Assembly: GCA_963849325.1 (NCBI GenBank)
Contig: CAWKHF010000012.1
Location: forward strand, 960,001-1,024,000
Reading direction: 5' to 3'
Length of the DNA: 64,000 nucleotides
From: an uncultured Planctomycetota bacterium
GTDB taxonomy: Bacteria; Planctomycetota; Planctomycetia; Gemmatales; Gemmataceae
Positions 1 to 11,519 of this stretch are shown here, piece after piece. How positions within the stretch are numbered: the first letter of the stretch is position 1; each line of letters begins with the position of its first letter. The notes below the pieces were generated by a model. It was not told where the DNA came from. It searched no databases and worked only from the letters and a program-made list of their open reading frames with translations. Position numbers and translations under genes: made by a program.

Positions 1-143
1 TCGCCGCCTCCGTGCGGCGACCAGGGGCGCTCATTGCCGCCCCCTGGACCCCCGGCTAGCCTCTCTCTGTTCCGGGAGGAAGAGAGGAGACTAACGCCGA
101 GAAAAGGTGATTTTCCTCTTGACGAGTGGCCTGGCATCATAGA

Positions 144-339
144 AGCAACCGGCTCACGCGGGACGAGCGTAAGGACTTGACGCACCGCTCAAGGGATGCC
201 GGCATGACGGGCCGCTTCGGGATCGATAGGCCGCAGCGCCTCGGCGGCAGTCCGACGCCAGGGGTCTTCACACTTGAGTCGGTTTCGACCAACGCTTTCC
301 GCGTCGGATCATACGGCTTCGCGGTCCCAGCGGATTGCT
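144..339 (+). ncRNA. ssrS: Probable 6S RNA
   Basis: A ~196-nt non-coding rod. Terminal pairings are AGCAA/TTGCT, GGGAC/GTCCC and GAGCGTA/TACGGCTT. There is a central bubble with a small 3' hairpin (ACGC-TTTCC-GCGT), then ACCG-CTCAAG/CTTGAG-TCGGT. The AAGGGA and CACACTTGA motifs are typical of 6S RNAs. TTGACG lies at 119-124 upstream. Confidence 0.62.
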
Positions 340-768
340 CAAGGATCGAAACGCGCCCGCAGGTGCGGAGGCATCAGCGGGCACACGTCCGCTGGGCGAG
401 CGAAGAGACGATGGCGGACACGGGCGAGGCCGTCATAGAGACGGTCGCGGATGACGGCGGGGACCAGGACGAGCAATCCGGACAGCACACGCCAGACGCC
501 GCCCAGACGTCGCAGGATGTGCAGCACCGCGGCCGAGCGCAGTCAACAGCAGCCCGTTCTCGGTTCGCACCACGAGGCTGAGTGGCAGGGCCGCACGCTC
601 GTTCTCGGAGACCAGCGCCGCAAACGTCTCGCCCTGCAGCGGCGCGAAACGGAAGGCCGTCCCTGCCGCATCCACGGCCAAGATCCAGCGAACGGATCGA
701 TGGCAAAAGCCGCAATGACCATCGTAAAAGATAGTCTCCGTGCCGACGGGCGACGGACGAAGGGTCAT
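339..768 (-). CDS. DCC1-like thiol-disulfide oxidoreductase (DUF393); one frameshift near 530
   Basis: N-terminal IFYDGHCGFC (DxxCxxC) and FRFAPLQG; C-terminal 'IRDRLYDGLARVRHRLF...CP' is in the adjacent frame. Confidence 0.85.
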
Positions 769-1047
769 GGACGGGGAGCCTCCCAACAACGACGCTATGC
801 GAGTTCGCCACGTCTGACCGATCCTACCCGCCAAGTCGCCCATTGGCACCAAACTTTTCAAACCGCGTCCAGAATCGACGAATCTCCCGTCGGCCGATTC
901 CACTGGAAAAAATCGCTCCGGTGTTGTAAGACGTGCCACTCGCAAGATCGTTGTCACGAAAAGGGAAATGGGCCTAGCGCAAGCTCCAGGGACCATCTGT
1001 CCGAGTACCAGCGGCCAACGGCACTCGATCAGGCAAGGAGGAGAGCC

Positions 1048-1263
1048 ATGAAACGCTACCGATGGGCCCTGGCGACGGCCGGCGTGTTGTTGCTGACCGG
1101 CTGGGTACTGTGCCAGATAGGCTGGCTGGCGCCATCGGGCCGAGACGTCGCGCCGGCGCGGGTCCAGAGCGCCGACCCGCTGGATTCGCCGGCTGGCTGG
1201 CGCTACCGCCAGAGCCTGCCGCACCACTGGCGCTACTGCGTGCTGAATAATATAAGTCGGTAA
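1048..1263 (+). CDS. Small (71 aa) membrane-anchored or secreted hypothetical protein
   Basis: AGGAGG RBS before the ATG at 1048; basic then hydrophobic N-terminus MKRYRWALATAGVLLLTGWVL. Confidence 0.6.
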   Translation: MKRYRWALATAGVLLLTGWVLCQIGWLAPSGRDVAPARVQSADPLDSPAGWRYRQSLPHHWRYCVLNNISR

Positions 1264-1287
1264 ACGACGACGAATCGGAAGGGGCCG

Positions 1288-3060
1288 TCAACGGCGGAAC
1301 GTCCGCCTCACCTGCAAGGTAGGAGGGACGGGCTGGGGAGCGAGTCGCGGCGCTTCCCGGATCGTCGTTTTCTCTTCCCACAACCGCGGCGGCCCAGGTT
1401 CAGCGCGTCCGTCCGTCAGTTCCACGCGCAGTCTTGCCTCGCCGACTTTCTTCGCCTCCACCTCGACCGTGTACGTCGTCTCCTGCCCCGCGTCCAGCGC
1501 CGGCAGAGGATCGAAGCGGATGGTCTGTCCATCCCTCTGGGCCGTGGTCGGACCGCGCTGGCCGAGCACGGCCATTTCCTCGGGGACCGTGATGACGAGG
1601 GTAGGGCGGAGGAAGGCCGTCCGATCGGGGTTGAGGAGACGGAGCGTGTAAACGGCCCTCTGGCCCACGTCGAGCGGATCGCCGCTCTTGTCGATCTCGA
1701 CCGTGGGGCCGGAGGCAGACTCGAAGCGCGTCTCGACGAGAGCGTGGGCGGACAGATCGTGCTCGGCCTTAACGCGGGCCATGTTGCCGAAGCGTCCGGG
1801 ACGCGGAGCGCGGAGGACCACTTGCAGCACACGCCGCTCGCCTGGCGGCAAGCTGCCCAGCGACCAGCGCACGTGGCCACCCTCGACCCGGCCACCCGCG
1901 CCTGGCGCTGAGGAATTCGATCCCGGACGGCAGTTCGTCGGACACCTGCACGCCGTTGGCCGGCATCGTTCCGGGATTGCTGACGGTGATCTGGTACGCC
2001 GCCGGTCGATGGACCAGCCGTCGCTGCGGCCCGGTCTTGAGGAGGGACAACTTCGCTTCGCCAACGGTGATGCTGGCACTGGCCTTCTGGCGCACGCCGC
2101 CGGCGGCGGTTACTTCCGCCTTGTCGTGGAACGTGCCGATCTGCTTCGAGATGGCCTGGTATTCGATGCGCCGCGTCTGCCCAGCAGCCAGGTCGCCCAG
2201 CTTCCAGGTCAACGGCGCCTCCGGCTTGGGATCGGGACTGCCCTTGACGACGCCGATGAACTCCAGACCCTTCGGCAGTTCGTCGGTCAAGACGACGTCG
2301 CGGGCCAGGGACGGCCCCGTGTTCGTGACTTCGAGGCGGAAGGTGATCGACTCGTGCAGCAGCGCCTGTGCCGGCGCGGTGACGCGCAGGCGGACGCCAG
2401 GACGGGCGATGCGCGTCTTGACCGTCTGCCCGTGCTCGAACTGGACGTAGGCGCTGTTCTGGACCTCGTCGGTCCCGGCGGGGTTGATGTCCAGCACGAT
2501 CTCCTTCCGCTCGCCCGGCTTCAACGTACCGAGTTCCCAGAGCAGGTCGGTCGCGCCGGCCTTGGTCGGTGTCTTCTGCTCCGGCTTCGGCTCGGCGCGG
2601 ACGAAGCGGGTGCCGGCGGGCAGACGGTCGCGGACCAGGACGTGATGCGCCGCGGCCCGCGAGACGTTCTCGATCGTGAGTCGATATTCGATGTCCTTGT
2701 CGGGCTGGATTTGCGCGGGGCGCGGACGCGCAGACGGACGATCGGCACGGGCGGGTCCATCGGCTGCGGCCCGAGCGGCATCCCCGGAAAGGGGACCGTC
2801 TCATCCGGCGTCACGGGCGTGGGCGGTGGGGCCGTGAAGGGCGGCGTGGGCGAATCGGGTGGCGTGGGAGGCATGGGCGCTTCGGCGAGCGGTGGCTCGC
2901 CCGGCACGGCCGCCGGCGCCATCCACGGCTGCGCGACGGAGCACTCAGGGATCGGCCACGATACGGCCTGACCACGGCTGACGAGAAGGACCGGCGCCAG
3001 CAACAGTCCGAGAAGCATCGCCAGTCCCGCCATCCGTGCGGAGGGTTGCCATCCGTTCAT
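1288..3060 (-). CDS. DUF11-repeat (Ig-like) exported protein; frameshifted
   Basis: Signal peptide, Pro-rich linker and repeated 'TNTGPSLARDVVLTDELPKGLEF / LTWKLGDL' modules spread over ORFs 2521-3159, 1769-2524 and 1288-2079. Confidence 0.8.
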
Positions 3061-3376
3061 AGCGCCTGTCCTCTTCTCCGAACGGCCTTTCCTTCGTGTG
3101 CCCGCATTGCCGGGCGCGGCCGCCCATTGTCGCTTTTCGCGCGCTTTTTGTCTGCACAAGTTCTCGCCGGAAAGGTCTGGTTATCCTCGCCCACTTTGCC
3201 TAGACGCTGCTTTTCGCCGCGCAGAGGCACTCGACGACTCGACCGATCGCGCCGGCGTCCGCCCGATTCGTCGCGGCGAATTCCAGGCTGTGCCGTTGCC
3301 GCGGCTGAGCCGGACTGCTACAACCGGATAGAATGTGCTCATCATCCGTCGGAATTCATCGAGACGAGGCACCCTG

Positions 3377-4692
3377 ATGCACCCCCCGCTTCCTCCTCCG
3401 CACCGCGACCCGGATCACCCCGGCGAATCGTTCGCCCTCGACGCTCGGGACGACAAGGAACTGGAGTCCGGTCCCCTGGCCATCGTCGGCGGCTGCGGCC
3501 ACGTCGGCCTGCCGCTGGCCCTGGCCTTCGCCGCGCAAGGGCTACTCGGTCGATCTGCTCGACACTTCCGCCGAGCGCGTGGCCCTGGTCAACAGCGGCC
3601 GCATGCCGTTCCACGAGGACGACGCCGAGCCGCTGCTGGCCGAGTCCATCCGCAACGGCCGCATCAAGGCGACGACCGACTCCGCCGTCCTCGAAGACGC
3701 CGCCGCCATCATCGTCACCATCGGCACGCCGGTCGATGAATACCTCGATCCCGTCCGTCGGCGAGTTCGATCGCGCCCTGACGCGAGCTGCTGCACCAGG
3801 TCCGGCCCGGCCAGCTGCTCGTCCTGCGCAGCACCGTCTTCCCCGGCATGACCGATCGCCTGGCCCGCCAACTCGAACAGCTCGGCCGCTCCGACGTGGA
3901 TCTGGCCTACTGTCCCGAGCGCATCGTGCAGGGCAAATCGCTGATCGAGCTGGAGCAGTTGCCGCAGCTGGTCGCCGGCGCCACGCCGCGCGCGGCCCGC
4001 CGGGCCGCGGCCCTGTTCCGCATCATCTGCCCCAAGGTGCTGTTTCTGCGGCCCGTCGAGGCGGAGTTGGCCAAGCTGTTCTGCAACGCCTGGCGCTACA
4101 TCAACTTCGCCATCGCCAACCAGTTCTACGTCATGGCCCAGCACTTCGAGGCCGACTTCCACACCATCTACCACGCCCTGCGCGAGGACTATCCGCGCAT
4201 GCAGTCGCTGGCCCGGCCCGGGCTTCGCCGCCGGCCCTTGTCTGCTCAAGGACACCATGCAGCTGGGCGCCTTCAATCACGGCTCGTTCGTCCTCGGCCA
4301 GGCGGCCATGATGATTAACGAAGGGCTGCCCTATCTCGTCGTGCAGGACATCAAGCGCGCCTACCCGCTGGCGGAGATGACCGTCGGCATCCTCGGCATG
4401 GCGTTCAAGCCGGACAGCGACGATCCGCGTTCGTCGCTGTCGTACAAGCTGCGCAAGGTGCTGCTGCTGGAGTGCAAGCGCGTCCTCTGCACCGATCCCT
4501 ACGTCCCCGATCCCGGAGCTGACGCCGCTGGCCGAAGTGCTCGATCAGGCCGACCTGCTCATCGTCGGCACGCCGCACGACTGCTACCGCGACCTGACGT
4601 GCCGCCAGCCGATCCTCGACATCACCGGCACGATCCAGAAAGCGGTCGGCGATCGGCCATCCGCGATCAACCAACGAGCGGAGTTGGCATGA
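3377..4692 (+). CDS. Nucleotide-sugar dehydrogenase (UDP-glucose/GDP-mannose/UDP-ManNAc dehydrogenase family); frameshifted
   Basis: GGCGHVGLPLA Rossmann motif, TIGTP, YCPERI, AELAKL, GPCL-KD and GMAFKPDSDDPRSS. Confidence 0.88.
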
Positions 4693-5709
4693 AAATACTG
4701 GTCACCGGCGCGGCCGGCTTCATCGGCGGCTATCTGGTGGAAGAGCTGTTGCAGGCCGGCCACGAAGTGATCGGCCTCGACAATTTCTCCAAGTACGGCC
4801 CGCTCCAGCAGGCATCTCTCGAACATCCCGCCTATCGCTTCGTCGAGGGCGACGCCAAGGACGTCGGCCTGCTGACGTCGCTGATGGCCGACGTGGACCA
4901 GGTCGTCGCCGGGGCCGCGCGCATCGGCGGCATCAGCTATTTTCACGAGTTCGCTTACGACTTGCTGGCCGAGAACGAGCGTCTGACGGCGGCCGTCTTC
5001 GACGCGGCCCTCGCCGCTTTCCACCGCGGCACGTCTGAAAAAGATCAACGTCATCAGCTCGTCGATGGTGTTCGAGAACGCGACGGTATGGCCGACGCCG
5101 GAGGGCGAGCAGCGCCGCTGTCCGCCGCCGCACTCGACCTACGGCTTCCAGAAGCTGGCGACCGAATACTACGCCCAGGGCGCCTGGGAGCAGTATCAGC
5201 TGCCGTACACGATCGTCCGGCCGTTCAACTGCGTCGGCGTCGGCGAGCGGCGGGCGCTGTGCGAGAAGGAGGTCCTCAGCGGCAACGTGCGCCTGGCCAT
5301 GAGCCACGTCGTGCCGGACCTGATCCAGAAGGTGCTCAAGGGCCAGGATCCGCTGCACCTCCTCGGCGACGGCCGGCAGGTGCGTCACTACACCTACGGC
5401 GCCGACCTGGCTCGCGGCATCCGCCTGTGCATCGAGCGGCCCGAGGCGGTCAACGAGGACTTCAACCTCAGCACGGCCGAATCGACGACGGTGCTCGATC
5501 TGGCCCGCATGATCTGGGACAAGCTGCGGCCCGGCGATCCGTTCCGCTACGTCAGCGATCCGCCCTACCCCTACGACGTGCAGAAGCGCGTGCCCGCCGT
5601 CGAGAAGGCCGAGCGCTTGCTCGGCTTCCGCGCTACCACGCCTCTGAGCGACATCCTCGACGTCGTCATCCCCTGGGTCCGCCAGCAGGTGGAATACGGC
5701 AACATCTAA
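4689..5709 (+). CDS. NAD-dependent epimerase/dehydratase (extended SDR); frameshift near 5038
   Basis: MKILVTGAAGFIGG, YGFQK (YxxxK) and RPFNCVG; ATGA overlap with the upstream gene. Confidence 0.9.
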
Positions 5710-5713
5710 AGAG

Positions 5714-5793
5714 AGGGAATAGGGAATAGGGAATAGATAGGAAGCGAGAAATGCTGGGTTCCCTATTCCCTATTCCCTATTCCCTATTCCCTA
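5714..5793. repeat. Inverted heptamer tandem repeat, (GGGAATA)n...(TATTCCC)n
   Basis: About three GGGAATA copies, a spacer, then about four CTATTCC copies, between the epimerase and the GT2 gene. Confidence 0.9.
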
Positions 5794-5796
5794 CTT

Positions 5797-6528
5797 ATGA
5801 TTTCCCTCGTCGTGCCGGTCTACAACGAAGCGGACAACATCGTGCTGTTTCTGCGCGACGTGGAGGAGCGCGGTCGGGGAGCCGCACGAGGTACTCATCG
5901 TCTACGATTTCCCCGAGGACAATACCTTGCCGGCGCTCGCGGCCCTGACGCCGCCGTGTCCGAGCGTGCGCCTGGTACACAACACGCTGGGCCGCGGCGT
6001 GCTCAACGCCATCAAGGCGGGCTTCCAGGCCAGCAAGGGCGACGTCGTCATCGTCATGATGGCCGATCGCTCCGACGATCCGCACAGCGGTGACGCCGAT
6101 GGCGCGGCTGGTGCGCGACGGGGGCGGACGTGGTGGCCGGCTCGCGCTACGTCCGCGGCGGACGCCAGGAAGGCGGGCCTCTGCTCAAGCGGACGCTGTC
6201 GCGCCTGGCCGGCATGTCGCTGCACTACCTCGCCGGCCTGCCCATCCACGACGCCACCAATAATTTCCGCGCCTACAGCCGCCGCGTCATCGAGCAGATC
6301 CCGATCGAGGGAGAAGCGAGCTTCGCCGTCGCCCTGGAACTGACCCTGAAAGCCCACTGGCGCGGCTGGCGCCTGGCCGAGGTGCCGACGACCTGGCGCG
6401 ACCGCACGGCCGGACAATCGCGCTTCCGTCTGTGGGCCTGGCTGCCGCACTATCTGCGCTGGTATCTGCGTGCGCTGGCCCGCGCCTGGCTCGGCGGTGG
6501 GCGGGAGCAATACCGTCCACCGTGCTGA
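5797..6528 (+). CDS. Glycosyltransferase family 2 (polyprenol-phosphate glycosyltransferase, DPM1/ArnC-like); frameshifted
   Basis: MISLVVPVYNEADNI, MMADRSDD, VAGSRYVRGG, HDATNNFRAY and EVPTTWRDRTAGQS. Confidence 0.88.
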
Positions 6529-6584
6529 GGGCCGTTATCCTCTTGCCGCTCGGGGTCACGTTCCATTAGAAGCTGTAACTTTTT

Positions 6585-6649
6585 GGCGAGCGGGGGCGTA
6601 AGCCCCCTGTTTTTCGCCGTCAACAGGGGGCTTACGCCCCCCGCTCGCC
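6585..6649. repeat. REP-like palindrome, family B (GAGCGGGGGCGTAAGCCCCCTG...)
   Basis: Inverted arms; related copies at 9224-9296 and 57387-57451. Confidence 0.85.
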
Positions 6650-6730
6650 TATTTGGTTAGTGCCTCTTATTCCCCCGGCGGCCCGGAAGTTCCGCATGGA
6701 GGACGGCCTTCCCAGGCCGTCCCGGACGGG

Positions 6731-7132
6731 CTAGGGAGTCTTGCGCGTTCGTCCGGCCTTGGTCCGTGCCTTGTTGTCCGTGTGATCGCCGAGACTGCCA
6801 ACGGATTCGGCCACCAGGTCTTCTTCCTCATCCGAACTCATCACCGGAACATGGGTCATGTTGCGGACCTTCTCTTCCATCTCCTTGCCGGGCTTGAAAG
6901 TGACGACGTTCTTAGGCGGAACGTCCACGCGTGCGCCGGTGCGCGGATTGCGCGCTTTTCGTGCCTTGCGCTGCTTGACCTCGAAGACGCCGAAATTGCG
7001 TAACTCGATTCGGCCGACCTCCAGCAGCGTATCGACGATGGCGTCGAAGGTCTGCTGCACGATCTCCTTGGTCTTCAGCTGCGTCAGGCCGATGCGATCC
7101 GATATTTGCTTGACGATCTCTTTCTTGGTCAC
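6731..7132 (-). CDS. HU/IHF family DNA-binding protein
   Basis: MTKKEIV...[26 protein letters not shown]...VVTFKPGK. Confidence 0.95.
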   Translation of the reverse strand: MTKKEIVKQISDRIGLTQLKTKEIVQQTFDAIVDTLLEVGRIELRNFGVFEVKQRKARKARNPRTGARVDVPPKNVVTFKPGKEMEEKVRNMTHVPVMSSDEEEDLVAESVGSLGDHTDNKARTKAGRTRKTP

Positions 7133-7382
7133 GGGTCCCTTCTCCTGCAGAACGTGCCGGTCGAGCCGGCCAGACCATCATGGAGTGTTTCAACTGTAAA
7201 GATGGCAATACTTAATGTCAAGGCAAAAGGCGGGGCCGAATGGCGGAGTTGGGAGGACATCCGGATACCCGAGCCCGGCCGAATCTGCTAAGACAACGGA
7301 ACAGGGCCGCGAGCATCCGCCAACGGGCCGTCCACCGCTCGCGGCTCGGACAACGGCCTGTCGAAGGGAGACGTCAGACGGC

Positions 7383-9213
7383 ATGAACGCGAAAGGCGAG
7401 TTGGGTGATTTCACGGCCGAAGCGCGGCTGGTATGGATTTCGGGCATCGCCATCGGCATCGGCGCCTTGCTGCGCCGTCGTTGCCTGGCTGCTGCAGCGG
7501 TTGATCTATTTCTTCACCAACATCTTCTACTATCACGAGCTGGGATTCGGCCACCACCCGAACCTGTGGGAGCAGGCCAAGGCCTTGGGACCGCTCGCCA
7601 TTGTCATCCCGATCGTGGGCGGACTGATCATCGGCCTGATGGCCCGCTACGGCTCCGAGCGCATCCGCGGCCACGGCATCCCCGAAGCCCTGGAAGCGAT
7701 CCTGATCGGCCGGAGCCGCATGTCGCCGAAGGTGGCGGTGCTCAAGCCGCTGTCGTCGGCCATCTCGATCGGCTCGGGCGGGCCGTTCGGCGCCGAAGGG
7801 CCGATCATCATGACCGGCGGAGCGTGCGGCTCGCTGATCGCCCAGGTGTTCCAGCTGACCGCCGCCGAGCGCAAGACCCTGCTGGTGGCCGGCGCGGCGG
7901 GAGGCATGACCGCGACGTTCGGCACTCCCGTCGCCGCCGTGTTGCTCGCCGTCGAATTACTGCTGTTCGAGTGGAAGCCGCGCAGCCTGCTGCCGGTCGC
8001 CCTGGCCTGCGCCATGGCCCTGATGGTTCGTCCCGGCCTGGGACTGGAAGGCCCGCCGTTGTTCGTGGTCCCACCGCACCATCCGCTGGACCTGCTCGGC
8101 CTGTCCTCGGCGGGCGTGGTCGGCGTCTTGGCGGGCATCTTCGCCCTGTTGCTGACCCTGTCGGTCTATACCTGGGAGGACCTCTTTCACCGCCTGCCGA
8201 TCCATTGGATGTGGTGGCCGGCCCTGGGCGGACTGGCCATCGGCGTCGGCGGCTATTATCAACCGCGCGCCCTCGGCGTCGGCTATGACATCATTGAAGA
8301 CCTGCTATTGGGTAAATTCGCGGTGGGCGTCCTCATCCCGCTCATTCTCGTCAAGAGCTTCATCTGGTCGTGTTCGCTGGGTTCGGGCACCTCCGGCGGC
8401 GTGCTGGCGCCGCTGCTCATCATGGGCGGCGCCCTGGGGGCACTGATCGCCCGCATTCTGCCCGGCCACGACGCCTCGTTGTGGTCCCTGGTCGGCATGG
8501 CCGCCATCATGGGCGGCACCATGCGCTCGCCCTTCACCGGCATCGTCTTCGCCCTCGAACTGACCTGGGACATCAAGGTCGTGCCGGCCCTGCTGATCGC
8601 CTCGTTCGTGGCCTACGGTTTCACCGTGCTGTTCATGAAGCGGTCGATCCTGACGGAAAAGGTGGCGCGGCGCGGCTATCACATCAGCCGCGAATACAGC
8701 GTCGATCCGCTGGAGCGCTCCAGCGTCGGCGACGTGATGACGCGCAACGTCGTGACCATTCCCGCCGCCATGCCGGTGGCGGAGCTGCTGAAGCGCTATT
8801 TCTTGACCAGCGGAACGCAACGGCACCAGGCGTATCCGGTGGTGGACGAAAAGGACCTGCTCCTCGGTGTCCTGACGCGGCAGAACCTGCTCGAAGATTG
8901 GGTCGCCCGGATGGGCGCCGACCTGCCGTCGGACGTGGCGGCGATGAACGTCATCATCGCTTACGACCTGATCCAGCGGTTGCCGATCACCGCCCATGCC
9001 TGGGAGTCGTGCCGGACGGCGGCGGAGAAAATGGCCGAGGCTGGCGTGGGCCGGCTCATCGTGGTCGCCGACGACAATCCACAGAAGATGATCGGCATCC
9101 TGACGCGGAGCGATTTGCTCAAGCCGCGCGCCCGCGAGGTTGAGGAGGAGATCAAGCGCGAGCGCTTTATCGGCGTGGGCCGCCATGTCGCGGCCGACGA
9201 TGCCGAGGATTGA
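7383..9213 (+). CDS. ClC-family chloride channel/transporter with C-terminal CBS pair; frameshift near 7470
   Basis: GHGIPEA, GGPFGAEGP and GGVLAP signatures; CBS motifs (VGDVMTRNVVT, GILTRSDLL). Confidence 0.93.
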
Positions 9214-9223
9214 ACGACAGCTG

Positions 9224-9296
9224 CCGGCGAGCGGGGGACGTAAGAGCTAACAGAAAAAACTATCTGAGCAGGGGGCTTACGTCCCCCGCTCGCCGG
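9224..9296. repeat. REP-like palindrome, family B (left arm interrupted); overlaps the DedA stop codon
   Basis: CCGGCGAGCGGGGGACGTAAG...CTTACGTCCCCCGCTCGCCGG. Confidence 0.8.
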
Positions 9297-10308
9297 GTTC
9301 GGCTGCCGGCGCCTTGTGCTCGGCGGATTTGTCGGCTTGGTCCTGGTGATTGTCCGCCGTCTCGACGTGCTCGATGTGCGAGGCCACCTGCGAGCCGATC
9401 AGCGGCACCTCCTTGGGGTCGCCGGTAGACACCGGATGGCGGAAAAAGTGCCAGAGCAGGTAGGACACGATCAGGCCGACCACCACGACGATGAGGATGG
9501 GTTTGAGCTTGCCCTCGGCCTGCTCCACCAGGGTCTTGACGGAATCGCCGAGCCAGAAGCCAAGGAAGAAGAAGAAGCTATTGCCGACGACGGCGCCGAT
9601 GCCGTCGGCGAGCAGGAAGCGCGGCAGCGGCAGGCGCATGGAGCCGGCGGTCAAAAACAGCGGCGCGCGGATGCCGGGCACGAGCCGGCCGAAGATCAGC
9701 AGACTGACACCGTAGCGATGGAAATTGTCCTGGGTGCGCTGGCGCCGATGGGGCGGGAGCATATGGGCCATCCAGCGATAATCCAGGAGTCGATCGCCGA
9801 AGTGCCAGCCCAGGCCGTACAAGATGATGTCGCTGAGGACGACGCCGAGAATGCACACCGGCAGCATCACCCACCAGCGGACGCGGACGGTGTCGTCGTC
9901 GGGCATCATCTGACGCTGTTCGACGGCGGGCGCGGCGCCGGCCAGGGCGGCCCAGGGCAGGCCGCCGGGGAAGCCGGCTTGCGGGTTGAAGGCCAGCAGA
10001 CCGGCTACCTCCAGGCCCGTCACTTCCTGAGACGCCAGCGGCCTCTTGTCGACCGAGCGCGCCAGGGCGGCCCAGGGCAGACCGCCCGGAAAACCGGCTT
10101 GCGGGTTGAAGGCCAGCAGACCGGCGACCTCGGCCGGGTCCGGGTAGACCACCGGCACGTCCACGATCGTCGGCTCGGGCGGCAGACGGCCCGCCAGGGC
10201 GCCGGCGCCGACGATGACTACCTCCTCCGGCGCCGGCAGGCCCAGGCCGGCCGCTACCAGGGTCACGAAGAACCCCAGGTAGATCCACACTTCGCCAACT
10301 GACACCAC
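9277..10308 (-). CDS. DedA (VTT domain) family membrane protein with an internal duplicated insertion
   Basis: GLGLPAPEE, SDIILYGLG and FGRLVPGIRAPLFLTAG. Confidence 0.9.
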   Translation of the reverse strand: MVSVGEVWIYLGFFVTLVAAGLGLPAPEEVVIVGAGALAGRLPPEPTIVDVPVVYPDPAEVAGLLAFNPQAGFPGGLPWAALARSVDKRPLASQEVTGLEVAGLLAFNPQAGFPGGLPWAALAGAAPAVEQRQMMPDDDTVRVRWWVMLPVCILGVVLSDIILYGLGWHFGDRLLDYRWMAHMLPPHRRQRTQDNFHRYGVSLLIFGRLVPGIRAPLFLTAGSMRLPLPRFLLADGIGAVVGNSFFFFLGFWLGDSVKTLVEQAEGKLKPILIVVVVGLIVSYLLWHFFRHPVSTGDPKEVPLIGSQVASHIEHVETADNHQDQADKSAEHKAPAAEPGERGT

Positions 10309-10511
10309 GCTGTCACTCCTCCGAACAGTCGCGTCCGCGCTCGCGGGGCGGACGTTTCCTCCGTGTCACTCCTCCGGGCATTAAACATCCCCGGAGCACG
10401 GGCGGAAAGGGCAACGTCCTGCGTCCACGGCAAGCGGGGGCTGGTGGAGGGCCGTTCTGCCTGTTACTCTGTGCGCTGGGCATCGCCCGGCATCCGCAGC
10501 GAGCGAACGTC

Positions 10512-11335
10512 ATGAAACTCGGACTCATCAACTCGGCCTGGGCCCAGGCCGGACGCGACACCGCCTTCGGCATCCGCATGACCAAGGAGATCGGCTTCGA
10601 CACCATCGACATCTTCGCCGACCCGCTCGACCTCGACGCCCGCCAGCGCCGCGCTGATTCGCCGCGAGTGTACCCGCGCCGGCCTGCCGATCGTCAGTCT
10701 CGCTTGCGTGGCCGTCGGCCTGATCGACTTCAACTCCAGCGTGCAGCGCTTCCACCTCGAACGCTGCCGCCGTTATCTCGACCTGGCCTACGAATACGAG
10801 GCCAACAATGTGCTGCTCGTCCTGGGCGAGTACATCTGGGAGCGCCAGGTCATTCCGCCGGCCGAGCAGTGGCAGACCGGCGTCCGCAACGTCCGCGAGC
10901 TGGGCAAGTACGCCGCCGACCTCGGCCTGCGCATCGCCCTGGAGCTGGAGCCGTTTCAGGCTGTCGCTGGTCAACAACGTGGACACGATGCTGCGCTTCT
11001 TGCAGGACGTCGATCATCCGGCCGTGCAGGCCAACATCGACGTATCGCACCTGCAATTGTCGGGTACGGCGCCGGAGGAACTGCGGCGCCTGAAGGGCCG
11101 GGCGACGCACGTTCACCTGAGCGACTGCGACGGCAAGGTCCACGGCGACCTGCCGCCGGGCCGCGGCGTGGTGGACTTCGTGCCGTACCTGCGCGAAATC
11201 AAGGATCTGGGCATCGACGGCGCGGTCAGCATCGAGCTGGAGTATTCGCCGCAGCCGGAGCGCATCGTCGAGTGGGTGCGCGAGGCCTACGAGGCGACGG
11301 ATCGACTGATGCGTCAGGTGGGATTGCGCGGTTGA
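10512..11335 (+). CDS. Sugar-phosphate isomerase/epimerase (xylose-isomerase-like TIM barrel); frameshifted
   Basis: Metal-binding motifs ALELEPF, NIDVSH, HVHLSD, GRGVVDF and SIELE. Confidence 0.88.
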
Positions 11336-11338
11336 GGG

Positions 11339-11445
11339 CCAAACTCTTCCGAGCCTGAAGCGTAAGCGAAGAGCTTCGCTTACGCTTCAGGCTCGGAAGA
11401 GTTTGGAAGAGCTTCGCTTACGCTTCAGGCTCGGAAGAGTTTGGA
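11339..11445. repeat. REP-like palindrome, family A, with a 38-bp tandem duplication of the right arm
   Basis: CCGAGCCTGAAGCGTAAGCGAAG...CTTCGCTTACGCTTCAGGCTCGG; the right arm is repeated directly. Confidence 0.9.
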
Positions 11446-11519
11446 CGTTCGATTCCACTGCGGTGGTCCATCGCGTAAGATAGATCGACGAGGATTTCAC
11501 CCTGGTCCGGGGTCGAGTC

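Noticed and set aside
1..56. GC-rich hairpins at the window start
   Set aside because: Possibly another REP type or a terminator, but truncated by the window edge and seen only once.
930..1045. Riboswitch upstream of the 71 aa ORF (GCCACT, GGGAA and a hairpin)
   Set aside because: Only isolated short motifs, in the wrong order for cobalamin or c-di-GMP-II riboswitches.
11339..11445. Repeated 38-bp unit as a mini CRISPR array
   Set aside because: There are no spacers and no cas genes, and the unit is the arm of a dispersed palindrome family. The duplication could be slippage or an assembly artefact.
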